Assembly (NCBI GenBank): GCA_964484795.1
Contig: CAZAFN010000002.1
Coordinates: forward strand, 8,352 to 72,351
Direction: 5' to 3'
DNA from: an uncultured Alphaproteobacteria bacterium
GTDB taxonomy: Bacteria; Pseudomonadota; Alphaproteobacteria; Methylaequorales; Methylaequoraceae
Length of the DNA stretch: 64,000 nt
This document shows positions 1-10,004 of this stretch, piece by piece. Made by a program: the position numbers and the translations under genes. How positions within the stretch are numbered: position 1 is the first letter of the stretch; each line of letters opens with the position of its first letter. Below the pieces are notes generated by a model. It ran no database searches. It was not told the DNA's origin and was given only the letters and a program-made list of their open reading frames with translations.

Positions 1-581
1 CATCTTTGATCGAGATAGATTTGACCTTATCACAAGAAAAAAAAACTAATATGCAAAAGAATGAAGAAAAAAAGACGACTTCCATTACAAAAAAAAATGA
101 AATAATTCCGGTTGTTAAAAAAAAAGAAATTAAAAACTCTCAAAGCAAGCACAACCAAACAAAAAACATAAATTCACAAAAAAAAATAATTCCATTAAGT
201 GACAAAAACCTTTTGAAGGAAGAGATAACTAATGAATTAAAAAATATGAAATTTAATAATAATGCCAAAACTGTTACTAGAAACAATCCTGAAACTTTTT
301 CAAAGGCTTCATACAAATTTGGTGCAATTAATAATCCCCATCCCCCATATCCACTTATAGCCAGAAAAAAAGGGTGGGAAGGCAAACTTTTGCTTAATGT
401 AAAAATTAACGCTGATGGAACCGTAAAAGACATTAAAATTGAACAATCAAGTGGTTATAAAATACTTGATGACATAAGCAAGAAAACACTAAAAAAATGG
501 AGTTTCATTCCAGCTCGATTAGGCAAGAAAAATACAGAAGATAATTTAAAAATTCCCGTTAGATTCGTTCTAAACGACTGA
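1..581 (+). CDS. TonB-family protein, C-terminal domain (5' end lies outside the window)
   Basis: Lys-rich linker followed by a TonB C-terminal-like segment (PYPLIARKKGWEGKLLLNVKINADGTVKDIKIE...). No N-terminal TM anchor is present in the window. Confidence 0.5.
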   Translation, partial: SLIEIDLTLSQEKKTNMQKNEEKKTTSITKKNEIIPVVKKKEIKNSQSKHNQTKNINSQKKIIPLSDKNLLKEEITNELKNMKFNNNAKTVTRNNPETFSKASYKFGAINNPHPPYPLIARKKGWEGKLLLNVKINADGTVKDIKIEQSSGYKILDDISKKTLKKWSFIPARLGKKNTEDNLKIPVRFVLND

Positions 582-599
582 CAACAAGTTTTAACAAGA

Positions 600-947
600 T
601 CAATGTGTTTTATCTGAAAAATTATAAAATGTTGCGCTAAAACTTTTTCTATTAACTCTACATTTTGAGCACAGTTTTGTGGCTAACATTTGTCCATTTA
701 AAAAAATTCTATCAGATTCTTTTAACAGTCTTGATAATAAGTATTTTGCTAAAACCATTTTGCACTCTAGTGGCTTGGCTGAGACCCAAACTTTTTCAAC
801 CAATTGATCATAATGATTATGAATTTTTTTTCTTTTTTTAATTACATCATCAATTATTTCAAGAATGATGTGCTCGTATTCTTTGAACTCTGTCTCTGAG
901 TTATCTATTTTTCCATTAGAAGAAAATATATCTAAAATTTTTCTCAA
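600..947 (-). CDS. hypothetical protein (115 aa)
   Basis: Uninterrupted ORF between the TonB fragment and the TonB-dependent receptor; no recognisable motifs. Confidence 0.3.
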   Translation of the reverse strand: MRKILDIFSSNGKIDNSETEFKEYEHIILEIIDDVIKKRKKIHNHYDQLVEKVWVSAKPLECKMVLAKYLLSRLLKESDRIFLNGQMLATKLCSKCRVNRKSFSATFYNFSDKTH

Positions 948-1034
948 TTCTTCATCTCCCTACTAAAGAAATGGAGAGGGCCTATAATTATGTGGAGGTT
1001 ACAGACCCTATACCATTCTTTTTCTGACGAAAAA

Positions 1035-3329
1035 CTAAAAATTCGCTACAGCCTTAATATATGCCGTCAAAGGAGCACCTGCTCTAGCACCTGAAGGGTG
1101 TCTTGATGAAATATATTCCAAATCAGTTGCATTGTTTACACCAGCTTGAATTTTGTAATGATCCATGAAATCATAACCAGCATATAAATTAAGTAGAAAT
1201 GCATCATCAATTCTTCCATTTCTTGCGTCAGCTGAACCTTGAAACTCCTCAGTTTCACTTTCGTCTGCAGTACCCCATGATTCAGAGTGATAAGTCATAT
1301 TAATTCCAAAATCAAAATTGTTATATTCATAGTCAGCTCCGAATGATAAACGGTGATCTGGAATATATGGTACATTTGAACCATCCCTACCACCTGCAAA
1401 AGCTGATTCGGCATCAGTGGAAGTTGCAGCACCATCTAGATTAGCATTCGTAAAAGTATAATTTGCGTAAAATGAAATATCTCCTTTAATGGGTAAAAAG
1501 TCATCCGGAGCATACGTCGTAGCAAGCTCAAAACCCTTTGAAACAACATTACCTGCATTATCAGGAGCGCTATCAGCATTACTGTTGTCGATAACTATCA
1601 AATCTTTGAAGTCTGTATGAAATCCTGTCCATGACATAAAAAAGTTCGGAGAAGAATATCTAACACCAATTTCCTTGGCAATACTGGTTTCCTTCTCAAC
1701 AGGTGAACCATCATCTCTTGCTGAACCAGGCCCTGGAAGGTTAAAACCTTTAAATACTCCACCAAACCATTGCCAGTTATCGTCATGATTGTAGACTAAA
1801 CCACCACCAGGAGCAAATGCCCACATTTCTTCACCTAGATTACTAGTAGTACCCTCTGTTGCTGCTTTATCTCTATAATGATAATCAGCATATTCAAATC
1901 TGCCACCAAGTGAAACAACAAAGTTGTTAATTGTTGCAACTTCTTCTATATAAGCAGAATGGCCCCAGGTTTTTTCATGTCTATCGTCTTTAAACGTCAC
2001 GCCCGTAGCAGTTAATCCCCCACCAACTGCTTGAGTAAAGGCATGACGTTGTTGATCTCTATTGATATAATCGTAATGGTAACCATATCCAACCTTTAGA
2101 TCGTGTTCGATATTTTTCCCAAAATAATTAGTATTAAAATTAAAATCCGTTTCATTATTTAGACCATAAGATGTATATTGCCTGTCGTTATTTACATATC
2201 TAATAGTACATGAAGCTGTTCCTTTAGCACAATTTAGTGAAGCAGCAGTTCCGATTTTTGATGTAAATGATTGAAGTGAATCTCCATTTACGTCCGCTAA
2301 TTTAAACCAGTCCCTAGTAAAACGATTAGTAAATACTGTCAGGTTATTTGTTATATTTGAATTTAAATCAGCTCTCAATTTTGCATAATAAGTTTGCTGT
2401 TCAGAGTTCATTTCGTCAAGCTGATATGCCACATACACTTGATCAGGATCTGCATTAAAATCTGCAGTAGTTAAACCACTATAACCTTCATTATAATTCA
2501 TATCGTTATATGAAGCTTTAAGTTCTAACGTTACATTTCTTGTTGTAGGAAGTTGCCACAATAATTTAACCATTGGAGCAATATGGTTTATGCCACCTAG
2601 CTCATCACTATCGTAACCTTTTCTATGCTGCGAACTTGTTGGAGGTTCAAGGTTAAAATCTCTTCTTCCACCACTGTTACGATAATACATCTCACCTAAT
2701 ATTGCTATAGCACCATATTCACCAGACATGCCATAATTGAAGTAGTCCTGCGTTATAACGTCGTTACCAGAACCGTATGAGATGCTTCCATGATATCTTT
2801 GACCAAAATCAATTGGTGTTGTTACATAGTTAAGAGATCCACCTGTTGAGTGTGGGCCATATCTATACTGACTTGTTCCTTTTAAAATTTCTAATGCATG
2901 CATTTTTCCTGCAATAGGAGAATAATAAGCATCTGGTGCTGAATAAGGTGCTGGCATAATGTTGATCTCATCTTCCATAATATTAACTGAAGCAGACCTT
3001 AAGGTATTAACACCTCTTATACTTATGTTAGGAAATATACCCATACCAGTTTCTTCTCTAGAATATACACCGGGAGTATTTCTAAGAATCTCGTTGATAT
3101 TGTTAAAATTATATTTTCTGATTTCTTCAGCTGCAATGTAATCACCAGAACCAGGTAGTTCAAAAACCTGGTCTGGTGATTCAAAAATATTCACATCAGG
3201 TGACACATAAACGTTTTCCTGAGAATGAAGATTAAAGGCCCCTAAAAGACCTAAGAGGAATGCTAACCTTGACACTCCACGGGTATGTTGAGGAACCACC
3301 CTATTCTTATTCTTAACTTTTTTTGACAT
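1035..3329 (-). CDS. TonB-dependent outer-membrane receptor
   Basis: Signal peptide, plug-domain motifs (NISIRGVNTLRSASVNIMEDEI), long beta-barrel region, terminal aromatic residue (…AVANF). Confidence 0.85.
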   Translation of the reverse strand: MSKKVKNKNRVVPQHTRGVSRLAFLLGLLGAFNLHSQENVYVSPDVNIFESPDQVFELPGSGDYIAAEEIRKYNFNNINEILRNTPGVYSREETGMGIFPNISIRGVNTLRSASVNIMEDEINIMPAPYSAPDAYYSPIAGKMHALEILKGTSQYRYGPHSTGGSLNYVTTPIDFGQRYHGSISYGSGNDVITQDYFNYGMSGEYGAIAILGEMYYRNSGGRRDFNLEPPTSSQHRKGYDSDELGGINHIAPMVKLLWQLPTTRNVTLELKASYNDMNYNEGYSGLTTADFNADPDQVYVAYQLDEMNSEQQTYYAKLRADLNSNITNNLTVFTNRFTRDWFKLADVNGDSLQSFTSKIGTAASLNCAKGTASCTIRYVNNDRQYTSYGLNNETDFNFNTNYFGKNIEHDLKVGYGYHYDYINRDQQRHAFTQAVGGGLTATGVTFKDDRHEKTWGHSAYIEEVATINNFVVSLGGRFEYADYHYRDKAATEGTTSNLGEEMWAFAPGGGLVYNHDDNWQWFGGVFKGFNLPGPGSARDDGSPVEKETSIAKEIGVRYSSPNFFMSWTGFHTDFKDLIVIDNSNADSAPDNAGNVVSKGFELATTYAPDDFLPIKGDISFYANYTFTNANLDGAATSTDAESAFAGGRDGSNVPYIPDHRLSFGADYEYNNFDFGINMTYHSESWGTADESETEEFQGSADARNGRIDDAFLLNLYAGYDFMDHYKIQAGVNNATDLEYISSRHPSGARAGAPLTAYIKAVANF

Positions 3330-3360
3330 TATAAATTCCCATAAAATAAACTACTTAAAA

Positions 3361-3425
3361 ACAATAATCATTATCAATGAATATGATAATCATTATCGAT
3401 TATAAGGATAATAATAACCATTATC
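3361..3425. promoter_or_regulatory. Cluster of three Fur-box-like 19-mers upstream of the TonB-dependent receptor
   Basis: GAATATGATAATCATTATC (3379-3397) and GATAATAATAACCATTATC (3407-3425) each match GATAATGATAATCATTATC at 17/19. AATAATCATTATC (3363-3375) matches the half-site at 12/13. The cluster lies 30-95 nt upstream of the receptor start at 3329. Confidence 0.55.
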
Positions 3426-3517
3426 ATTAAGTCAAGTATTTTTTTTTTAAAAAATCTAGTAGTTATTAGCTTTGATTTTCAATCAACTATGTTATATCTC
3501 TTAATTGTGATTTAAAA

Positions 3518-3880
3518 ATGGAAGAAATAATTAATGAACATCTAGGCAACTCAAATCTTAAAGGGTTTGTGTTTGGGTTTATGCATTGTGCCATAACTTT
3601 GATAGGGTATTATACCGGTTTGAGTCTAAATAGATTTTTAAAGATTATGTCAAATGGCTACATTGCAGGAATTTTTGGGGCAGCTTTATCTCACGTAATA
3701 GCCGACTTAATTGCAAGTTTAATTGACCCTCACATTAGAAGTTTAGCATTAGGAATTGTCATTGGAGGAATTGTACCATTATTTTTCATTCCACTTTTAG
3801 AAAAATATGTTCAAAAAAGCACAAAACATATTGTTGTCGGTGATCACGAGGATGTAAAAAAGGACTTAAAGTCTCATTGA
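3518..3880 (+). CDS. hypothetical small membrane protein (120 aa, about 3 TM segments)
   Basis: Hydrophobic segments; divergent from the Fur-box region. Confidence 0.35.
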   Translation: MEEIINEHLGNSNLKGFVFGFMHCAITLIGYYTGLSLNRFLKIMSNGYIAGIFGAALSHVIADLIASLIDPHIRSLALGIVIGGIVPLFFIPLLEKYVQKSTKHIVVGDHEDVKKDLKSH

Positions 3881-3962
3881 TTTATGAAATTTAATTATGG
3901 AATTATTAAAATAATAGGAATGACTTAAGTCATTTGTATGAAACAGTTTTTTTATAAGTAAA

Positions 3963-4427
3963 ATGAAAAATTTAAAGCAACAGGTTGAGAATCTCCAAAA
4001 AAAATGGGCAGACTATATTATTAGCATAGGTGCAGCCTATTTCCAAAAACAAGATTTCAATAGTTTAACCAGAAAATTTGTAGATGAATTATATGCTTTT
4101 GATTATTGCAATGTTTTATTCAAACCTACTATTGCAAATAAAGTAAAATTTAGAGACAAAAAAGAAGAATTCATTTCTTATTTCCTAGGAAATAATAATA
4201 TTTGTAAAGAAGACAAAGGCTTTGCGCTTAGACCTTGGAAATCTATAAAGTTTAAAAATTTTGGAACTATAGAAAATAGGGAAATAATTTTAGTAATGGG
4301 AAATTATTTTTTTAAAGACTTTAAAAACATTACAGTGGATGCAGAATTTACTTTTGGATTGTTAAAAATTAATAATAAACTGCTTAAAATTTGCCTTCAA
4401 CATTCATCATTGTCAAAGAAAAAGTAA
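3963..4427 (+). CDS. hypothetical protein (154 aa)
   Basis: ORF with no recognisable motifs. Confidence 0.3.
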   Translation: MKNLKQQVENLQKKWADYIISIGAAYFQKQDFNSLTRKFVDELYAFDYCNVLFKPTIANKVKFRDKKEEFISYFLGNNNICKEDKGFALRPWKSIKFKNFGTIENREIILVMGNYFFKDFKNITVDAEFTFGLLKINNKLLKICLQHSSLSKKK

Positions 4428-4450
4428 AATTTTTTCCAGAGAAAAAGAGT

Positions 4451-4526
4451 GGCGTCCCCTACGGGATTCGAACCCGTGTTGCCGCCGTGAAAGGGCGGTG
4501 TCCTGAACCACTAGACGAAGGGGACT
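4451..4526 (-). tRNA. tRNA-Glu (anticodon UUC)
   Basis: Reverse complement reads GTCCCCTTCGTCTAGTGGTTCAGGACACCGCCCTTTCACGGCGG…GGTTCGAATCCCGTAGGGGACGCCA: cloverleaf with TTCGAATCC T-arm, anticodon loop CUUUCAC, 3' CCA. Confidence 0.85.
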
Positions 4527-4594
4527 TTAAGCTTGAATTATTTGAATAGAAATATATATATATCTAATTTTAAATTTAAGTAAATTATTTATTT

Positions 4595-4945
4595 ATGAAA
4601 TATTTAACTCTATTTTTCTTCATTTCATCACTAATATTTGACTCTACAAATGTTATGTCCAATCAATCTAATAACAACCTGTGTCACATAAGGGGATATG
4701 AAATTATTTTTCCTTATGAACAAGCAGTTTATAAAATAAAAAAAGGTTTTAGAAATTTACCTGAAGTTAAAAAATTAGAACTAATTAAATTTAAAAAAAG
4801 ATTCGAAAATGATTTTTATGGAATACCACTTTATAAGGCAGCTGGCTGTTCCAACGCAAGATTATCTGAATATTTAAACTGTTTGGTATCAACTGATGGT
4901 AAGGATTGCAAAATTTACTATACACAAATGAGAATTGTTGATTAA
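4595..4945 (+). CDS. hypothetical secreted protein (116 aa, signal peptide, 4 Cys)
   Basis: N-terminal hydrophobic signal-like segment; no known motifs. Confidence 0.3.
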   Translation: MKYLTLFFFISSLIFDSTNVMSNQSNNNLCHIRGYEIIFPYEQAVYKIKKGFRNLPEVKKLELIKFKKRFENDFYGIPLYKAAGCSNARLSEYLNCLVSTDGKDCKIYYTQMRIVD

Positions 4946-6729
4946 GCAATCAAAGCATCTTCGATTTGTATTTCAGCATTTTCTTCTCCGTTCCATCTAT
5001 TTAATTTAAGTGAAACGACGAGGTCTAGTTCTTTGCCCATTTCTTTTTCCAGAAATTTTCCCATATCACTATCATAAGCATTAAAGGAAACTCCTTTGAT
5101 TCTGTTTCCGTAAACATCCTCTACAAAGCAAGATAAATGATTGTTTCCAACCAATCTAACAAATTTTATCAGGCATCCTCTAATCAAAAATTTTGGCTTT
5201 GGGTTTCCAGGTCCAAATGGAGAAAGTCTATCAAGCAAAAAATAGAGTTCATTGCTTATTGACGAAAAAATTAATTCTGAATCATAAAACTTTTTTATTT
5301 CATTTTTAACTGGATCAAACTTATCATTAACAAATCCCTTTAACTGATCTACTTTGGATTTATCAATTGAAAAACCTCCAGCCATTTGGTGCCCTCCACC
5401 AGAAATAAGAATGCCTTCTTCAAGTGCAGAGAAAATTAACTTTCCAATGTCAAAATTTGATACTGACCTGCAGGAAGCTTTACAAATTTTTTTTGATTCA
5501 GAAATTACTATTGATGGTCTAGAAAATTTCTCAGTCAATTTGCTAGCAACAATCCCTATTACACCTGGATGCCAATCATCTGAACTAACGCAAATAATTC
5601 CATCTCTTGATAAATCAACCTTTTTAATAGCTTCAAGCTCAACTTTCTTTTCAATTTTTTTTCTAAGATTATTATACTCACCAAGTTTTTTGGCAATAAC
5701 ATTAGCCATTGATTTTTTAGTTGATAATAAAAGTTGGGTTCCAAGTGATGAATTTCCCACCCTTCCTCCAGCATTAATTCTTGGTCCTAAAACATATCCT
5801 AAGTGATACTCTTTTACTACTTCATTGATTTCTGAAGAATCAATTAATGAATTTAATCCCATATTGAGAGACTGATTTATTACTTTGAGTCCTTGTTTGA
5901 CAAGGGTTCTATTAATTAAGTCTAGTTTAACCACATCACAAACCGTTCCAAGTGCCACTAAATCCAAAAATTTAACTAGATTTGGAACATCTGCAGAAAA
6001 AAAATTTTTTTTTTTCAATTCTCTATTAATTGAAATTATTAAAAAAAACAAAACCCCAACTGCAGATAAATTTTTTAAATCAGATTTGTCATTTCTTTTG
6101 TTGGGATTAATAATTGCATAGGCATCAGGTAATTCTTCACCCTCTTGATGATGATCTACTACTATTACCTCAAGATTTTCTTTTTTTATTGAATTTATGG
6201 AAGATATAGAAGTGGTTCCACAATCAAGAGTAATGATTAAGTCACAATCTTTTTTCTTTAGTTCTCTAAAAGCCTTAATGTTGGGACCATAACCATCATT
6301 TAACCTATCTGGAATGTAAAAATCGTATTCAACACCTATTTCATCAAAATATCCTCCTAATAAAGCAGTGGATGTTGTTCCATCAACATCATAATCACCA
6401 AACAAACCAAATTTTTTTTTCTTTAAAATGCAGTCAACTATTTTACTTGTTGCCAATTCCATATCATCCAACGTATCGGGGTTAGGGATTAAATTTTTAA
6501 GTTTTGGATTAAAAAAATCTAAAACTGTTCGTCTATCAATACCTCTCATAGCTAAAATTTTTGCCAATATAGGTGATAATTTAAATTTATCAATCAGTTG
6601 TCTTTCGATAAATGGGTATGATTTTTTTTCTACCCAAAAGTGGTTTTTAATTGAATTAATTTTTTTTTGATTATTTTTTAATTGTTCTTCAGTCAATTTA
6701 GTTTTAATCTGCATAATCAAATTTAGCAT
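4942..6729 (-). CDS. recJ: single-stranded-DNA-specific exonuclease RecJ
   Basis: DHH motifs (GDYDVDGTTS; IIVVDHHQ), DHHA1-like GGGHQMAGG, typical length. Confidence 0.85.
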   Translation of the reverse strand: MLNLIMQIKTKLTEEQLKNNQKKINSIKNHFWVEKKSYPFIERQLIDKFKLSPILAKILAMRGIDRRTVLDFFNPKLKNLIPNPDTLDDMELATSKIVDCILKKKKFGLFGDYDVDGTTSTALLGGYFDEIGVEYDFYIPDRLNDGYGPNIKAFRELKKKDCDLIITLDCGTTSISSINSIKKENLEVIVVDHHQEGEELPDAYAIINPNKRNDKSDLKNLSAVGVLFFLIISINRELKKKNFFSADVPNLVKFLDLVALGTVCDVVKLDLINRTLVKQGLKVINQSLNMGLNSLIDSSEINEVVKEYHLGYVLGPRINAGGRVGNSSLGTQLLLSTKKSMANVIAKKLGEYNNLRKKIEKKVELEAIKKVDLSRDGIICVSSDDWHPGVIGIVASKLTEKFSRPSIVISESKKICKASCRSVSNFDIGKLIFSALEEGILISGGGHQMAGGFSIDKSKVDQLKGFVNDKFDPVKNEIKKFYDSELIFSSISNELYFLLDRLSPFGPGNPKPKFLIRGCLIKFVRLVGNNHLSCFVEDVYGNRIKGVSFNAYDSDMGKFLEKEMGKELDLVVSLKLNRWNGEENAEIQIEDALIA

Positions 6730-6736
6730 ATATTTT

Positions 6737-7930
6737 ATGACTAGTAATAATAATATCTTAATTGCTCAAGGCGGCGGTCCAACTAATGTTATAAACCAAT
6801 CATTAATTGGGATTATTCAAGAGGAAAAAAAAAATAAATCAAAAATATTTGGTTCTATTAATGGTGTTAATGGAATAATTAATAATAACTTTAAATTATT
6901 AAATAAAATTTCTTTGCCAACCTTGAAGTTAATTGGAAACTCTCCTGGAGCAGCACTTGGATCAACTAGAGACAAACCTGATCAAAAGTATTGTTTGGAA
7001 ATATTGGACATCTTAAAAAGGAAAAATATTTCAAAATTTTACTATATAGGGGGCAATGATTCGTCTGATAGTTTAAAAATAATTTCTAATCAAACAAAAA
7101 TCTTTAAGCATAAACTTCAATGCATTCATATCCCTAAGACAATTGATAATGATCTTGTAAAAAACGATCACACGCCTGGTTTTGGTTCAGCTGCAAAGTA
7201 TGTCGCAATGCTTTTTTCTGGAATTAATTTTGACGTAAAATCTTTACCAGGTGTCTATCTTGGAATTGTTATGGGAAGACACGCAGGTTTTCTTACCGCA
7301 GCTTCATCACTCCTAAGAAAAAAAAAAGATGACGGGCCTCATCTTATTTTTTTACCTGAAATTCCATTTGAAATTGACAATTTTCTTAAACTTATAAAAA
7401 AAGAATATGAAAAAAATGGGAAATGTATTGTTGCTATTTCTGAGGGAATCCAAGATAAACATAAAAAACTAATATCAGAAAGAACAAGCAAAAATCAAGA
7501 GTTTGATTCTCATGGAAATGTTCAATTATCAGGATCCAGTTCATTAGGAGATTTCCTTGCAGAACAAATTAAAAAAAAATTAAAAATTTCTAGGGTTAGA
7601 GCAGATACTTTAGGTTATCCACAACGATGTTTTCCTGGGTCTGTCTCTGAAGTTGATCAAGATGAGGCTTTTCAAATTGGCAGAACAGCTGTACATTTTT
7701 CTAAAACTGAAAAAAAATCCTTTTCAACTGGAATTTCTGAAAGAAAAAATCTAGAAAAAATTTATAAAATAACCTTTAAAATAAATTCACTAGAAGATGT
7801 TGCAGGCAAAACCAAAACAATGCCATCTAAATTCTACGATTCCAAGGCTGGAAACGTTTCAAAACTTTTTCAAAAATATGCATTACCATTAATTGGAAAA
7901 AAAATTCCTAAAACCACCTCAATTATTTAA
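6737..7930 (+). CDS. phosphofructokinase-family protein, PPi-dependent type
   Basis: PFK fold motifs: GGGPTNVIN, GGNDSSDS (compare GGDDS of PPi-PFKs), PKTIDNDL (PPi-PFK signature versus PGTIDND of ATP-PFK), MGRHAGF. Confidence 0.65.
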   Translation: MTSNNNILIAQGGGPTNVINQSLIGIIQEEKKNKSKIFGSINGVNGIINNNFKLLNKISLPTLKLIGNSPGAALGSTRDKPDQKYCLEILDILKRKNISKFYYIGGNDSSDSLKIISNQTKIFKHKLQCIHIPKTIDNDLVKNDHTPGFGSAAKYVAMLFSGINFDVKSLPGVYLGIVMGRHAGFLTAASSLLRKKKDDGPHLIFLPEIPFEIDNFLKLIKKEYEKNGKCIVAISEGIQDKHKKLISERTSKNQEFDSHGNVQLSGSSSLGDFLAEQIKKKLKISRVRADTLGYPQRCFPGSVSEVDQDEAFQIGRTAVHFSKTEKKSFSTGISERKNLEKIYKITFKINSLEDVAGKTKTMPSKFYDSKAGNVSKLFQKYALPLIGKKIPKTTSII

Positions 7931-9215
7931 AACTTTCTATTCTTAAATAAACTGTCTTTTTTAAAATAAAATCAAGTTTATCAATTTTATTTAGAGCAGT
8001 TCTCATATTCTTTTCTTTACAATTATGAGTAGTTACAACAATCGTAGCCTGGTTTATATCATCTTTAAGTGGATCTTTTTGCAACATAGATTTCATTGAA
8101 ATATCACATTTTTTGAATTGATTAGATATACCTGACACTACCCCAGGTTTGTCTAAGGTTGTAAATCTCAAATAATAACTCCCAAATCTTTCTTCAATTT
8201 TAGCAAAATCAGTATTATCTTTAGGTAACTTTAAAGTGAAAGAAGCACTTCCTGATTTCAAAATAGTTATAATGTCACTTAAAACTGAAGTGGCAGTAGG
8301 AAATGAACCAGCTCCTTCACCTTGAAAAAAACTTTTCTTACAAAAATCGGATTCCACTACAATTCCATTATAAACTCCGTCAACATTAGAAATTAAAGAT
8401 TTTTTCTCTACCAAACATGGATAGACAAAACTACCTATTTTATTTTTGTGTGTTTCTGTAATTCCAAGCAATTTAATTTTGTACCCTAGTGAATCAGCAT
8501 ATTTCAAATCAACCAGATTAATACCTCTTATACCTTCCACATTGATATACTCGATATTTGAATTAATGTTAAAAGATAATGATGAGAGTATTGAAAGCTT
8601 GTGAGCAGTATCTACACCATCTATATCAAAACTTGGATCTGATTCTGCATATCCCAATTCCTGAGCGTTAAACAAGATCTCATCAAAATTTTTGTTTGTA
8701 ATTAGCATATTGGATAAAATGTAGTTAGATGTTCCATTCAATATTCCGTATATTCTTTTAATTTTATTAGATACTAGAAAATCATCAATAACCTTAATTA
8801 TTGGTATTCCTCCAGCAACTGCTGCTTCAAATTTTATTGAACATTCATTGTCTAAAGATAATTTCTTTAATTGATCCCAATGTTTAGAAACAAGTGCTTT
8901 ATTTGCTGTAACAACATTTTTTTTCTTCTTTAATGCATCAAAAACTATCTTCTTTGCAATTCCATCTTCTCCACCAATCAATTCAACCAAAACATCATAA
9001 TCATCAAATTTTAATAATTTTTCTGCATCATCAAATATTTTGGTTTTCTTATACAATTCTCCTGTAAATTTTTTTTTTCTTCTTGAAGCTATAGCAGAAA
9101 CTTCTAGTTTTGCATTTGTTATATGCTTTAACTTGGACTTTTTAATTAAATCTAATAATCCTTGACCAACTGTCCCAATGCCAGCAATCGCAATCTTTAA
9201 AGTATTAGAGAACAC
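7923..9215 (-). CDS. hom: homoserine dehydrogenase
   Basis: N-terminal NAD-binding IAIAGIGTVGQG, conserved catalytic region, C-terminal ACT domain. Confidence 0.85.
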   Translation of the reverse strand: MFSNTLKIAIAGIGTVGQGLLDLIKKSKLKHITNAKLEVSAIASRRKKKFTGELYKKTKIFDDAEKLLKFDDYDVLVELIGGEDGIAKKIVFDALKKKKNVVTANKALVSKHWDQLKKLSLDNECSIKFEAAVAGGIPIIKVIDDFLVSNKIKRIYGILNGTSNYILSNMLITNKNFDEILFNAQELGYAESDPSFDIDGVDTAHKLSILSSLSFNINSNIEYINVEGIRGINLVDLKYADSLGYKIKLLGITETHKNKIGSFVYPCLVEKKSLISNVDGVYNGIVVESDFCKKSFFQGEGAGSFPTATSVLSDIITILKSGSASFTLKLPKDNTDFAKIEERFGSYYLRFTTLDKPGVVSGISNQFKKCDISMKSMLQKDPLKDDINQATIVVTTHNCKEKNMRTALNKIDKLDFILKKTVYLRIESFK

Positions 9216-9219
9216 ATTA

Positions 9220-9978
9220 TCAATATATTAGGAAAATTTCAGTTCTTTGATTGGCTTTTGTGCCAGCTGGCATAGTTTCTTCAAAAAGTTGTTGGGAATC
9301 CGAGACAGCTTCAGTTATTAAATTCTTGCGAGGAAAATTATATTTTTCAACAAATACTTTTGCTACAGAATGAGCTCTTTTATCGGATATTTTAAAGTTT
9401 ACAAGCTTATGTTCAGCAACAGGCATATCTTTCGTTCTTTTGCTGGCATGCCCAACAATTTTAATCTTTGCATTCCTTTGCTTTGCTATTTTAACAATTT
9501 TTCTTATTTTCTTTAATCCTTTATAATCAACTTGACTCGACCCCGTTGCAAAAGAAATTGTTGCAACTCTGTATTGTATTTTATTTTCAATTTTCAAAGG
9601 TATTGGTTCAAAGCCAATAAAATTCTTTTTCTTTTCAATAGTTGTCTTTTTTACATCATCTTTTTTAGCAATTTCTTTTGGTTTAGCAGTGACAAGGGAA
9701 CTATCATATTGTTTAGGTGGTGTTACAGGAAGTGACTCTTCCGGTATTTGAGTTTTGATTTCGTCGGATTTCGTTTCCTGAGGAGAAATAACATCTTCAC
9801 TTTTTTCAACATTTTCAAGATCTGATAATAATTCTTGATCAGAATCATCAACAATCTCAACCTCATCATCACTAGAAATACCCTTAGAAAAAGATTCTGA
9901 CCAGTTTGATACTGTCTCACATGAAACTAAAATAAAAAATAATAGGCACGGTATTAAAAAGATTTTAAAATTTTTCAT
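9220..9978 (-). CDS. OmpA/Pal-like peptidoglycan-binding lipoprotein
   Basis: Lipobox (LVSC), acidic/Pro-rich linker, C-terminal OmpA-like domain (…NQRTEIFLIY). Confidence 0.6.
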   Translation of the reverse strand: MKNFKIFLIPCLLFFILVSCETVSNWSESFSKGISSDDEVEIVDDSDQELLSDLENVEKSEDVISPQETKSDEIKTQIPEESLPVTPPKQYDSSLVTAKPKEIAKKDDVKKTTIEKKKNFIGFEPIPLKIENKIQYRVATISFATGSSQVDYKGLKKIRKIVKIAKQRNAKIKIVGHASKRTKDMPVAEHKLVNFKISDKRAHSVAKVFVEKYNFPRKNLITEAVSDSQQLFEETMPAGTKANQRTEIFLIY

Positions 9979-10004
9979 TCAACTAAAACAACTAAGAATA
10001 AAAA

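Noticed and set aside
1598-1786. Short ORFs antisense to, or nested in other frames of, large genes (for example 140-433, 1598-1786, 2959-3141, 5354-5806, 36844-37239, 58728-58961, 61674-61895).
   Set aside because: They lie entirely inside well-supported long genes (TonB, TonB-dependent receptor, recJ, glycerate kinase, flgK), have no motifs and show aberrant composition. They are treated as spurious.
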